A stretch of 64,000 nt of DNA from Acidobacteriaceae bacterium (GCA_049802575.1 JBARMS010000161.1:794-64793); one strand, 5' to 3'; shown: positions 33,759 to 43,090, numbered from the stretch's first letter. Made by a program: numbers and translations. Notes: a model not told the origin generated them from the sequence alone.

Positions 33759-35837
33759 ATGCCTGCATTTGGGAGTTTTTCGCTTCTTGTGGCGCTCGTG
33801 CTCAGCGCTTACTGCCTGCTGGCCGGGGCGGTGGCGCTCCGTTTGCTGGCCACCGGACGCACGGCAGCCATTGCTCCCGAGCGTTTGGCGGAGACCGCTC
33901 GCCGCGCCGGGATCGCCAGCTTCATTGCTACGTCGTGCGCAGCGTTTGCCCTGGTCTGGGCGGCTTTCACCAACGATTTTTCGGTCGCATACATCCTGCA
34001 GCACTCGAATCGCGCCCTCCCCGCTCCCTATAAATTCGCCGCGCTCTGGTCGGGGCAGGAAGGCTCGCTGCTGCTGTGGGCCTGGCTGCTCACCGGCTAT
34101 GGTTTCGTGCTGCGCATGCGCCACAAGGTCGACGTCAGCCTCACGGCGTACGCGTCCACCATCCTCGCCGGCATCCAGGTCTTCTTCCTGCTTCTGGTCA
34201 ATTTTCCGGCCACGCCGTTCTCGCTGGTCACCGGAGCTGTTCCACCCGACGGCAATGGCCTGAATCCGCTGCTCCAGTATCCGGAGATGGTCATCCATCC
34301 TCCGATGCTCTATCTGGGCTACGTGGGGTTCGCCGTTCCCTTCGCGTTTGCGCTGGGCGCGCTGATGATGCGGTACCCCGGCGAGAAGTGGATTCACATC
34401 ACGCGGCGCTGGACCATGGTGACCTGGCTCTTCCTCACGGTCGGCATTTTTCTCGGTATGCACTGGGCCTACAACGTGCTCGGGTGGGGCGGCTACTGGG
34501 GCTGGGACCCGGTCGAAAACGCCTCTCTGATGCCATGGCTCACCGGCACGGCTTTCCTGCACTCCGTCATGATGCAGGAGAAGCGCGGCATGATGAAGAG
34601 CTGGAACGTCTGGCTCATCTTCTCCACGTTCCTGCTCGCGATTCTCGGCACGCTGCTCACCCGCTCCGGCCTGGTCAGTTCCGTCCACGCCTTCGCGCAG
34701 TCGGCTATCGGCACGTGGTTCTGGGTCTTCCTCGTCCTCGTGCTGGGTGTGTGCATCTTCACCTACATTCTGCAGCGCGATCACCTGAGGACCGAACATC
34801 ACCTCGAATCGCTGGTGTCCCGCGAGTCCAGCTTCGCCTTCAATAACCTGATTCTCCTCGCGGCCTGCTTCACCATCCTGTGGGGTACGCTCTTCCCGGT
34901 CCTGTCGGAATACGTGCAGGGCTACCGCGTCACGGTCAGCGCGCCCTGGTACAACCGCATCGGCGTTCCCGTCGGCGTCCTGCTGCTCTTCATCACCGGC
35001 ATCGGGCCGCTGCTGGCCTGGCGCAGCACGTCGATGCGCAGCATCCGCCGCAACTTCGTGATCCCGGGAATCGCGGCACTCGTGGTGGCGATCGCGCTGA
35101 TCCCGCTGGGCGTGCATCCCTGGACCATCTTCATCACCGGCGAGCAGGGCGCCTTCTACGCGTGGATCACCTTCGCCCTCGCAGCGTTCGTCATCGTCGC
35201 CATCTTTGCGGAGTTTTTCCGCGGCGCCCGCGTGATCCAGCGGCATACCGGGCAGAATCTGCTCCTCTCGGTCATCCAGCTCACGCGCCGCAACACCCGC
35301 CGCTATGGCGGCTACCTGGTCCACTTCGGCGTGGTGCTCATCTTCATCGGATTCGCCGGCCAGGCGTTCAACCAGAGCAAAGAGATGACGATGAACTACA
35401 AGCAGTCGATGTTCATCGGTCCCTATCGCATCGAGTGCGAAGACTTCTCGCAGGATTCGAACGCCAATTACGACACCACCTTTGCGCTGCTCAACGTCTA
35501 CGACCGCAACGGCGGCAAAAAGATCACCAATCTCTCGCCGGAGCTGCGCTTCTACACGGCCAGCCAGCAGCCGCAGACAATGGTGGCCAATTACTCGACG
35601 CCGGCGTGGGATCTCTACGTCATCTTCGCCGGATCGGACCCGGCTACGCGCCAGCCGGTCGTCAAAGCGTTCCTCAATCCGCTGGTCATGTGGATCTGGA
35701 TCGGCGTTCTCGTGACCATCCTCGGCACCGTCATCGCCCTCGTTCCGAATCTGAGCGCCGCACTCGCTGCGCAGCGCACTCGGGTCCCTGCCGCATCTGC
35801 GCCGGATCTGGTGGCGGCGGGAAAGGCTGGCGACTGA
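33759..35837 (+). CDS. ccmF: Cytochrome c-type biogenesis heme lyase CcmF (System I)
   Basis: 692 aa polytopic protein with the WWD-type motif WGGYWGWDPVENASLMPWL. AAGGAA SD lies 8 nt upstream of ATG 33759. Confidence 0.9.
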   Translation: MPAFGSFSLLVALVLSAYCLLAGAVALRLLATGRTAAIAPERLAETARRAGIASFIATSCAAFALVWAAFTNDFSVAYILQHSNRALPAPYKFAALWSGQEGSLLLWAWLLTGYGFVLRMRHKVDVSLTAYASTILAGIQVFFLLLVNFPATPFSLVTGAVPPDGNGLNPLLQYPEMVIHPPMLYLGYVGFAVPFAFALGALMMRYPGEKWIHITRRWTMVTWLFLTVGIFLGMHWAYNVLGWGGYWGWDPVENASLMPWLTGTAFLHSVMMQEKRGMMKSWNVWLIFSTFLLAILGTLLTRSGLVSSVHAFAQSAIGTWFWVFLVLVLGVCIFTYILQRDHLRTEHHLESLVSRESSFAFNNLILLAACFTILWGTLFPVLSEYVQGYRVTVSAPWYNRIGVPVGVLLLFITGIGPLLAWRSTSMRSIRRNFVIPGIAALVVAIALIPLGVHPWTIFITGEQGAFYAWITFALAAFVIVAIFAEFFRGARVIQRHTGQNLLLSVIQLTRRNTRRYGGYLVHFGVVLIFIGFAGQAFNQSKEMTMNYKQSMFIGPYRIECEDFSQDSNANYDTTFALLNVYDRNGGKKITNLSPELRFYTASQQPQTMVANYSTPAWDLYVIFAGSDPATRQPVVKAFLNPLVMWIWIGVLVTILGTVIALVPNLSAALAAQRTRVPAASAPDLVAAGKAGD

Positions 35838-36301
35838 TGGCACGCCTCGCTCGCTTCACCCTGCTGCCGCTGCTGGTCATCCTGGGGCTGGTTACGCTGG
35901 GCTCCGCGGACACCGAAGGCCGCTTCGACCGGCTCGGCCACAAGCTGATGTGCGCCTGCGGATGCTCGCAGGTGCTGCTCGCCTGCGACCATGTGGGCTG
36001 CCCGAATCTTGCTCAGGAGACCCAGGAACTGCGCGCCGCCATTGCCAACGGCACCGAGGACAACGCGATTCTCTCCGCGTTCCAGGCTGAATACGGACCA
36101 ACCGTTCTGGCCGCGCCGTGGCTCACCAAGTTCAACATCGTCGCGTGGATCGTACCGCCGGGCCTGCTGCTCCTCGGAATTGCGGGAACGTTCCTCCTGG
36201 TCCGCAAATGGAGGCTCCGCAGCGTTCCGATGCCCGAGGTTCCGGAAGACACGCATTCCCGGGAAATTCGCGACCGGATCAGACGGGAGACCGAGATATG
36301 A
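35837..36301 (+). CDS. ccmH: Cytochrome c-type biogenesis protein CcmH/NrfF-like
   Basis: The ATG overlaps the ccmF TGA (TGATG). Signal/TM segment, Cys motif LMCACGC, conserved ...AFQAEYGPTVLAAP..., then a TM segment. Confidence 0.8.
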   Translation: MARLARFTLLPLLVILGLVTLGSADTEGRFDRLGHKLMCACGCSQVLLACDHVGCPNLAQETQELRAAIANGTEDNAILSAFQAEYGPTVLAAPWLTKFNIVAWIVPPGLLLLGIAGTFLLVRKWRLRSVPMPEVPEDTHSREIRDRIRRETEI

Positions 36302-36654
36302 ACAGCGCATCCGGGGGTCTGTCCGATCCTCATTTCCTGAGCCTGATGGCCTGCGCCATCCTGCTGGTCAGCGTCTTCCTCTACGTCTTCTGGCCCGATC
36401 CCCACGCCGAGGCGCAGCGCAACAAGACGCGCCTCGAATACCTGCGCGAGCGCCGCGAGACCCTCTACGACAATCTGCGCGACCTCAATTTTGAATTCCG
36501 CTCCGGCAAGTACCCGGAAGAGGACTATGGCGCGCAGCGCGCCGCCCTCGAAAATGAGGCCGCCGAAACGGTCGCGGAAATCGACCTGCTCGAGGCGCAG
36601 ACCTTCGCCGCAACCGGCCCAGGTTCGGCGCCGGCCTCGCCTACTTCCCACTAG
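36298..36654 (+). CDS. Small TM protein with CcmI-N-terminal-like cytoplasmic helix motif
   Basis: The ATG overlaps the ccmH stop (ATGA). One TM (FLSLMACAILLVSVFLYVFW), then LYDNLRDLNFEFRSGKYPEEDYGAQRAALENE. The motif assignment is an inference. Confidence 0.6.
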   Translation: MNSASGGLSDPHFLSLMACAILLVSVFLYVFWPDPHAEAQRNKTRLEYLRERRETLYDNLRDLNFEFRSGKYPEEDYGAQRAALENEAAETVAEIDLLEAQTFAATGPGSAPASPTSH

Positions 36655-36667
36655 CACAGGACACCGC

Positions 36668-38119
36668 ATGAACCCCCTCCGCCCACTTGCTCTCGCCCTT
36701 GCAGCAGCCGCGCTGCCGCTTTCGCTCGCCGCCGCCACCATCTCCGGCACCGTCACCGACCGCACCACGAACAAGCCGGCGGCCGGCGACACGGCGGTCC
36801 TCCTCGACTTGACTCAGGGCATGCAGGAATCGGCGCGCACCACGGTCGACAAGAGCGGCCATTACTCGTTCACGGTCCCTGACGCCGGCGGCATGCACCT
36901 CGTCAAGATTGAGCACGAGAAGGCTTCGTACTACGGCTCGGTCCCGCCGAACACCTCGACGGTCGATATCGACGTGTACGATGTGTCTCCCAAAGTGGAC
37001 GGCGTTCACATCTACGCCGATGTTTCGCGGATCGAGACCAACCAGCAGGGACTGTCCGTCACCGAAAGCTGGTTTATCCGCAACGAATCGAAGCCCCCCA
37101 GGACGCAGTTCGGACCTCAGGCCTTTACGTTCTTTCTCCCCGAAGGCGCGGTGCTGGAGGGCTCAACGGCCACCGGTCCCGGCGGCATGGCCGTCTCGGA
37201 TGCGCCCGTTCCCCTGGGCGACAAGGACCATTACGCCTTTCTCTTTCCTGTGCGGCCCGGGGAGACCCGCTTCCAGGTCGGCTATCACATTCCCTACAGC
37301 GGCAGCCTCGCCCTGCACGCCCGCGTGACCATGCCGGCGGACAACGTGGCCGTGATGCTGCCGAAGAGCATGAGCTTTAGCGGCGCCTCGTTCCAGCCGC
37401 TGCCGGCCGATGCCAATGAGCCGGGCGTCAATACCTGGCTGGCGACGAATATCGCGCCCAACAAGCAGGTCGATTTCTCGGTTTCGGGCAGCGGCTCCAT
37501 GCCCCGCGAACAGCAGGGCCAGACAGAAAACGCCCAGGGCGGACCGGGGATGGGAACGGCCACCGATCAACCGGGTGGCGCTGCCGGTCAGGCCCCCGAT
37601 CAGACTGCCCGGCCCGGAGGCGGGCTGGGAAATCCGAACGGCACGCCCGATCCACTCAATAAATACAAAGGCTGGATTCTGAGCGGTCTGGGCCTGGCGC
37701 TGGTCATCGGAGCCGCGCTCATGCTGCGCTCCAAACCGGGCGCGCAGACCGCCGCAGCAGCGCCGCAGGCCCCGGCCGCGCAATCGGCCTTGACGCCCAC
37801 ACTCCCCGCGACCGCCTCGAGGCCTGCCGCCGCGGCAACGAATGCCTCAGCGCGTCCGGTTGGCCTTTCCGCCGGGCACCCTCCGGCGCTCGATCCGGCG
37901 CTGGCAGAAGTCCTGCGTGCACCCGCCCTGGCTCCGACTGCCGAGAATGGCGCCGGTCCGCGCAGCGCGCTGCTCAACGTGCTCAAGGAAGAGTTGTTCC
38001 TGATTGAAACGGAGCGGCTGGAAGGGAAACTGACAGGGATGCAGTATGCCGAGTTGAAATCGGCGTTTGAAGTGGTGCTGCGCCGGGCTCTGGAACGCGA
38101 GGCCCTGGCTACGCGCTAA
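36668..38119 (+). CDS. Carboxypeptidase-regulatory-like domain membrane protein (periplasmic beta-sandwich, one TM, cytoplasmic tail) in the ccm operon
   Basis: ATG 36668. Signal peptide MNPLRPLALALAAAALPLSLAAA. CarboxypepD_reg-like ISGTVTDRTTNKPAAGDTAVLL...KSGHYSFTVP. Gly/Pro/Gln linker. TM WILSGLGLALVIGAALML. Ala/Pro-rich tail ending in LKEELFLIETERLEGKLTGMQYAELKSAFE. Confidence 0.7.
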   Translation: MNPLRPLALALAAAALPLSLAAATISGTVTDRTTNKPAAGDTAVLLDLTQGMQESARTTVDKSGHYSFTVPDAGGMHLVKIEHEKASYYGSVPPNTSTVDIDVYDVSPKVDGVHIYADVSRIETNQQGLSVTESWFIRNESKPPRTQFGPQAFTFFLPEGAVLEGSTATGPGGMAVSDAPVPLGDKDHYAFLFPVRPGETRFQVGYHIPYSGSLALHARVTMPADNVAVMLPKSMSFSGASFQPLPADANEPGVNTWLATNIAPNKQVDFSVSGSGSMPREQQGQTENAQGGPGMGTATDQPGGAAGQAPDQTARPGGGLGNPNGTPDPLNKYKGWILSGLGLALVIGAALMLRSKPGAQTAAAAPQAPAAQSALTPTLPATASRPAAAATNASARPVGLSAGHPPALDPALAEVLRAPALAPTAENGAGPRSALLNVLKEELFLIETERLEGKLTGMQYAELKSAFEVVLRRALEREALATR

Positions 38120-38487
38120 ACCACGTCAGCAGCAGCAGCAAAGCCACCGCCGCGGCTGCGATGCGATAAACGTATTCCTGCCTGCGGCTGTTCCGCGACA
38201 AGTTCTGCTGTGTCAGTACCCTGGGGGTCTCCATGCGTGGCCTCGCAAAAGGGAGAACTGCTGCCTGCTTAGACTCCTATATCGGCACAAGTGATGCAAA
38301 CTTGACAATCTTTTTCGCGCACCGTTGCTATTTTGCTACCCCCCGGCAGCCGACCCGGTCGTACGCCCCCAAGGCACCGCAATCACGGGCCAGTCCGGCG
38401 CAGAGGTTCGCCGGGGCACTCATCCGGCCTGAAGGTTGGGAAGGAAAGAAGGAAGGCGGCTCACCGCATCGGACAGAAATCCGCGGC

Positions 38488-38868
38488 TTAGGCAGTTCGG
38501 CCAATCGGCTGGTCCAGCAGCGACCGCACCAGCGCCAGCAGTTCCTCGGGCGGCAACGGTTTCACGCGGAAGATTACGTCGAGCCCTTCGTATTCGTCTT
38601 CAGCATCGTCCATGCCGCTCAGGACCAGCACCGGCAGCTGGGCATAGCGCTCGCGCAGCGACGTTACGAATTCCGGGCCATTCATGCCGGGCATCAGATG
38701 ATCGGTGATCACCAAACCCACGGGCCTGATTGCGGGCTGATCCAGATACTCCAGGGCGCGTTCCCCGTCGGACGCAACGGCGACGCTCCGGCCAGAACGA
38801 GCCAGAATCGCTTTGCGGGTGGCGGCCTGGATGACATTGTCGTCCACCAGCAGAATGTCGACTGTCAT
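38488..38868 (-). CDS. Single-domain response regulator (CheY-like receiver)
   Basis: ATG 38868. MTVDILLVDDN..., phospho-acceptor context LVITDHLMPGMNG, and a conserved Lys region (FRVKP). No output domain. Confidence 0.85.
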   Translation of the reverse strand: MTVDILLVDDNVIQAATRKAILARSGRSVAVASDGERALEYLDQPAIRPVGLVITDHLMPGMNGPEFVTSLRERYAQLPVLVLSGMDDAEDEYEGLDVIFRVKPLPPEELLALVRSLLDQPIGRTA

Positions 38869-39088
38869 TGAAGTGGCTGATGCCTCAACTTCTGTAAAGG
38901 TTGCCCGGCGTAATCGTTTCCACCAGGGCTTTGGATCCTGTGCGCCGACGCTTCCCAGCCATTTCACAACGTGTGGATTGAGGCTTGGAAATCCCCGCAG
39001 TTAATCTTTTTACCTGCTCTTCCTAACGATTGCAAATCACCCGTCCGGGGCATTGGATTCGCCGCCGATCGATATGCGGCGGACCCGC

Positions 39089-39122
39089 AAAAGGTAAGGG
39101 CGGAGACCGAAGTTTCCGCCCT
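39089..39122 (-). terminator. Hairpin terminator candidate after TonB receptor 1
   Basis: Minus-strand RNA: AGGGCGGA, 10-nt loop, TCCGCCCT, then TACCTTTTG. The stems are at 39097-39104 and 39115-39122. Confidence 0.5.
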
Positions 39123-39144
39123 CGTGGTTGAAGTGAATCCGTGG

Positions 39145-42100
39145 TTAGAAGGTGATCTTTCCCTTCATCTGGAGGATGCGCGGATCGGCGTCGGCGCCCA
39201 GGAACGCTCCGAACACGCTGGTCGGCGTGCTCACGTCGCTCTGGATCAGCCCGAACGAAGGGTTGCTGACGTCAAACACCGGCTGCGCGAAGTTGGTGTG
39301 GTTCAGGACGTTGTAGGCCTGTACCCCGATCTGGACCAGACCCGACTCCAGCCCCGGGATTTTAAAGCCCTTCATCACGCTCAGGTCTGTGTTGAAGTAG
39401 CCCGGGCCATGGAACTGGTTCCGCCGCTGGTATTGGACGTTGTAGCTGCGGGGAACGCCATCGTTTCCGGTAATGGTGATGGCGCCATTGTCTCCGAACC
39501 CGTTAATCGGGGTGAAGTTAGGACTGACCCCCGTGGCGGAATCCAGCGTGCCGCCCATACAGGCAGTGGTGGCAGCCGCCTTACCGCACTTCATCTGGGG
39601 CGTGGTGCCCTTGCGGATATCGGCAAACACTGGGCCGAAGTCATTCACCCCTTCGAGCCCACCCGCCTGTGCGTCGTTGGTTACGCTGAATGGGAAGCCG
39701 GAGTGCCAGAAGATGGTTCCCGCCATCTGCCAGTTGTCGGTCAGCAGCTTCGGACCGCCCCAGTACGGAGCATGAATCAGGTAATTTCCGTTCATGTTGT
39801 GCCGGACGTCGTAGTCTGCGTTGCCGTAGTTGTAGAGTGACACGTTGAAAGGATCGACCGGGTTGACGGAGTTGAACCCGAACGGCAGGATGCCGCCGTT
39901 CGAGATTTCGTCCAGCGCATGGCTCCACGAGTAGTTGACATTCGCTGTAATGTATTTTGATTCTTCCTTCACGCCGGTCAGCAGGCCGGCGTAGTTCGAG
40001 GTCGCCTCGCTCTGCACTTCCGTCACTTCCGCGAATTCCGGAAGCTTCGGAGCCGATGGGGCGCCCGGAATCCCGAACATGTTCACGCCGTTGTCCTGGA
40101 TCGGTTCGTGATAACCGTGGTTGCCGACATACCCGATCGTGAAGCTGGTGTGGTTGCCGAGTTGTTGCTCCAATTGCACGCTCCACTCCTCATAAGTCGG
40201 ATAGTGGATAGAGGAATCGGGGTTGAACAGGTTCGGAACCGTGAAGTTGGAGTTGGATGCCGCGATCGAGTTAGCGCTGCCGCCGTTGGCATAACCGGTG
40301 ACGAAGGCCGCGTTGGTCGCTGCCAGCGCCGTGCCGAAATAGCCGGCCTGCGATGGGTCGTCCTGATAGAACAGGTTGACGAACTCTGGATTCAGCGGTG
40401 CGTTGTTCAGCAGCGAATCCGCGATAGTCGCCGGGAAGACGTCGGTGAACAACCCGAATCCGCCCCGGAAGACGGTGCGATCATGGCCCTCCGGCGAGAA
40501 CGTGAAGCCCACGCGGGGGTCGATGGTGATCTTCTGCAAATCGGTAAACGCGTTCCGCTTACCATCGATCAGGATGGAGTTGTACGCCGTGTCCAGCGTG
40601 TCCTGGACGTCGTTGTAGCTGCTGTTGAGATAGGCGAAGCAGTTGATGACGCACACCGGGTTCGAGTTATGTTCCACGCGAACGCCCGCGGTGATCTGGA
40701 AGTTCGGCATGATCTTCCACTGATCCTGCCCGTAAAAGCCAAGGTTATAGGTGCGGATCGGCACCTTCAGGTGCAGCGGGAAGTTCTGCACGCCTTCGAG
40801 CATCAGCCCGGCGCTGAAAAAGTCGCCGCCGCTGAACGGACCTTCCGCGGCTCCATATTCGGCGCCGAGGGGAAAGTTCGTCAGGATGCCGAGATCCGCA
40901 TCCGTCACGTCGTCGCGCTTGAACAGCATGCCCACGCTCAGGGTGTGCTTGCCGTGCGTGTAGCTCACGTCGTTGTTGATCTGGTACTGCGTGACATCGC
41001 GGCCCTCCGGCCAATCCACTTCAGCATTGCCGAGGTTGGCGAACGACCCGTCGATGAAGTCCAGCATGTACGGGAAAGCTGCCTGTGCCGCTGCCGTGTT
41101 GTCGCTGAGGAAGTAGGCGCTGTACCAGGTGCCCGACAGGATGAACTGGTTCACCAGGTTCGGCGTAAAGGTGTGCGTCTCTTCCAGCTGGCCTTCATAG
41201 TCCGGCTGATCGCTCTGCGCGTTGAAGACCGTGTTGACGGGATCGACGTAGGTTGGCTGTACGCCGTGGTCGTATTTGAAGTGGATGAACGCGCTGTCGT
41301 TGGGACCGAGCTTCTGGTCGAGCCGCGCCGTGGTCAGCACTTCCGCCAGGTGGTTCTTTGGGGTTTCCTGCAGATAGTTCGAATAGTACGTCGTGGTCGG
41401 GAAGGAAACGGCAAACGTGCAGTTGCCCGACGCATCCGTCGCATCGCAGGTGGTTCCGCTCACCGTGCCCGATCCCTGTGCGGTTGCGGCCCGGGGAGCG
41501 GCGTTGTAAAGAGCAAATGCCTTCTGGTAGAAGGCGCACTCCGACCCGTTCCCGTTGGCGTAGAGGAAGCTCGTATCGTCGTCGCAGTTGCCATCCTTAC
41601 CCAGCACGCTGGGGTTCGTCACAATTTCCTCAGACCCGGGGGCTGCCGGCCGAATGCGCCCCATGCGCATGGAACGCTGCATGCTCGGCATCCTGGGCGC
41701 TATTCCGCCACCGCCGCCGGTGTAGGAGATCCCGCCGTTCGGATTGCTCTCGTACTGTGCGCTCGGCAGGAAAGTCGGATCCACCGGCGAGGTCACAAAG
41801 CGCAGGCCTTCGTAGTTGACGAAGAAGAAGGTCTTATCCCGCTTGATGGGTCCGCCGCCGCCGATACCCCACTGGTTGGCGTTGGCATAGGGCTTCGGTT
41901 GCCCCTGGTTGTCGAGGAACCAGTCGTTCGCTTCCAGGTCGCTGTTCGCCCAGTAATACTGCGCGTCGCCGTGGAACGCGTTGGTGCCGGAGCGGGTCGT
42001 GATGTTCTCCTGCACGCCGCCCAGCGCGCCGTACTGGGCGCTGTAGGCGTTCGCCACGATGTTCACTTCGCCGACGTCGTTGGAACCAAGCAGCAGGTTG

Positions 42101-42750
42101 CTGGGGCCGGAGTTATTCAGGTTCAGGAACGGATCGTTATCCTCGGCGCCGTTCACCGTAAAGTTGTTCGAGGTCGCCGGCAGTCCGAACGCGGACGAGT
42201 TGCCGTAGTGCATCTGCGTATTCATCACCACGCCCTGCGTCAGCTGGATGAAGTAGGTGATGTCGCCGCCCGGGTCGGGAATGTTCTGGATCTGTTCCTC
42301 GGTCAGGGTGCTGGAAATGTCGGAGTTCTCGGTCTGCAGGAGCGGAACCACCTGCCCGAGCACCTGCACCGTGGTCGTTCCTTTGGCAACGTTCAGCGAC
42401 GCGCTGAGGGTCGCGGTCTGCCCGACCACCACATTGACCGTCTGCTGTGCGCTCTGGAAATTCGGGGCAGAGACGGTGACGGAATAGGTGCCCACAGGGA
42501 GCAGGCCAATCTTGTAGTCGCCGGCAGCGCCGGTGGTGACCACCTTCACCAGTCCGGTGCCGGTATTGGTTGCCGTCACGGTGGCGCCTGGCAGGGCCGC
42601 GCCGCTGGGATCGGTGATGGTGCCCGCGATATCGCCCGAGATGAGCGATTGCGCCCCGGCAAATTGCGGACCTGCAAGGAGCAGACCCACTCCGGCGATC
42701 GACAGCAGGGTACAGAATCGCCGGCCCCATTTCAGGGAGACTCTCAACAT
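39145..42750 (-). CDS. TonB-dependent receptor, CarboxypepD_reg-type, 1201 aa (tandem paralog 1)
   Basis: Signal peptide ending AGAQS. GTITDPSGAALPGATVTATNTGTG...GTYSVTVSAPNF. Barrel ends in KGKITF. GGAGG SD lies 6 nt before ATG 42750. Confidence 0.85.
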   Translation of the reverse strand: MLRVSLKWGRRFCTLLSIAGVGLLLAGPQFAGAQSLISGDIAGTITDPSGAALPGATVTATNTGTGLVKVVTTGAAGDYKIGLLPVGTYSVTVSAPNFQSAQQTVNVVVGQTATLSASLNVAKGTTTVQVLGQVVPLLQTENSDISSTLTEEQIQNIPDPGGDITYFIQLTQGVVMNTQMHYGNSSAFGLPATSNNFTVNGAEDNDPFLNLNNSGPSNLLLGSNDVGEVNIVANAYSAQYGALGGVQENITTRSGTNAFHGDAQYYWANSDLEANDWFLDNQGQPKPYANANQWGIGGGGPIKRDKTFFFVNYEGLRFVTSPVDPTFLPSAQYESNPNGGISYTGGGGGIAPRMPSMQRSMRMGRIRPAAPGSEEIVTNPSVLGKDGNCDDDTSFLYANGNGSECAFYQKAFALYNAAPRAATAQGSGTVSGTTCDATDASGNCTFAVSFPTTTYYSNYLQETPKNHLAEVLTTARLDQKLGPNDSAFIHFKYDHGVQPTYVDPVNTVFNAQSDQPDYEGQLEETHTFTPNLVNQFILSGTWYSAYFLSDNTAAAQAAFPYMLDFIDGSFANLGNAEVDWPEGRDVTQYQINNDVSYTHGKHTLSVGMLFKRDDVTDADLGILTNFPLGAEYGAAEGPFSGGDFFSAGLMLEGVQNFPLHLKVPIRTYNLGFYGQDQWKIMPNFQITAGVRVEHNSNPVCVINCFAYLNSSYNDVQDTLDTAYNSILIDGKRNAFTDLQKITIDPRVGFTFSPEGHDRTVFRGGFGLFTDVFPATIADSLLNNAPLNPEFVNLFYQDDPSQAGYFGTALAATNAAFVTGYANGGSANSIAASNSNFTVPNLFNPDSSIHYPTYEEWSVQLEQQLGNHTSFTIGYVGNHGYHEPIQDNGVNMFGIPGAPSAPKLPEFAEVTEVQSEATSNYAGLLTGVKEESKYITANVNYSWSHALDEISNGGILPFGFNSVNPVDPFNVSLYNYGNADYDVRHNMNGNYLIHAPYWGGPKLLTDNWQMAGTIFWHSGFPFSVTNDAQAGGLEGVNDFGPVFADIRKGTTPQMKCGKAAATTACMGGTLDSATGVSPNFTPINGFGDNGAITITGNDGVPRSYNVQYQRRNQFHGPGYFNTDLSVMKGFKIPGLESGLVQIGVQAYNVLNHTNFAQPVFDVSNPSFGLIQSDVSTPTSVFGAFLGADADPRILQMKGKITF

Positions 42751-42848
42751 GGACTACCTCCAAAACGCTTTTAACTATTTTTGTTCTTAATTCGCGGAAC
42801 CGAATAAGACCGAAGAACGGGAGCCGAGGGGGTATTCCCTCGGAATAA

Positions 42849-42863
42849 GCAATTACCCTGCCA
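42849..42863 (-). promoter_or_regulatory. Sigma-54 (-24/-12) promoter candidate for TonB receptor paralog 1
   Basis: The minus strand reads TGGCAGG-GTAA-TTGC (flanked as cTTGGCAGGGTAATTGCTTAt). The consensus is TGGCACG-N4-TTGCW, and the GG-N10-GC spacing is exact. The element lies about 100 nt upstream of the ATG. Confidence 0.65.
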
Positions 42864-43059
42864 AGTCATGGACCGGTAAGCAACGCTAATTCAGCCGTTT
42901 GCATCGGGACGGGCAGCTCTTACCCAGCGATAATCCGCAAAATGGTAGGAAAGAGGGCCATCCATTCCACTTTTGGGATTAGCGCGGTACTTCCGGAAGT
43001 CCCGACCTGCAACGCTGCGGAAACCCGCAAGGCGAATGAGGAGGAGAGGATGGGCCGCC

Positions 43060-43090
43060 AAAAACAAAGGGCACCCGCAGGCGCCCTTTG
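43060..43090 (-). terminator. Rho-independent terminator after TonB receptor 2
   Basis: Minus-strand RNA: CAAAGGGC, 10-nt loop, GCCCTTTG, then TTTTTGG. Confidence 0.75.

Noticed and set aside
32898-35843. 981-aa minus-strand ORF covering ccmF
   Set aside because: It is the antisense shadow of ccmF (WWD motif on the plus strand). Only its 3'-most 180 nt, in a different frame, contains a plausible real small gene, which is reported separately.
38235-38487. About 250 nt of non-coding gap, with a TTGACA hexamer at about 38302 and a purine-rich run at 38435-38460, as a possible sRNA gene
   Set aside because: There is no -10 box at proper spacing (best candidates fall at 17 nt with TTGCTA or at 21 nt with TATTTT). 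No convincing terminator or conserved structure could be identified by eye.
40108-42774. 888-aa plus-strand ORF antisense to TonB receptor 1. Similar cases are 45375-46136 and 47625-49103 opposite receptors 2 and 3.
   Set aside because: These are shadow ORFs with low-complexity Arg/Val/Gly composition. The receptors on the minus strand have a signal peptide, a plug/barrel pattern and a terminal Phe.
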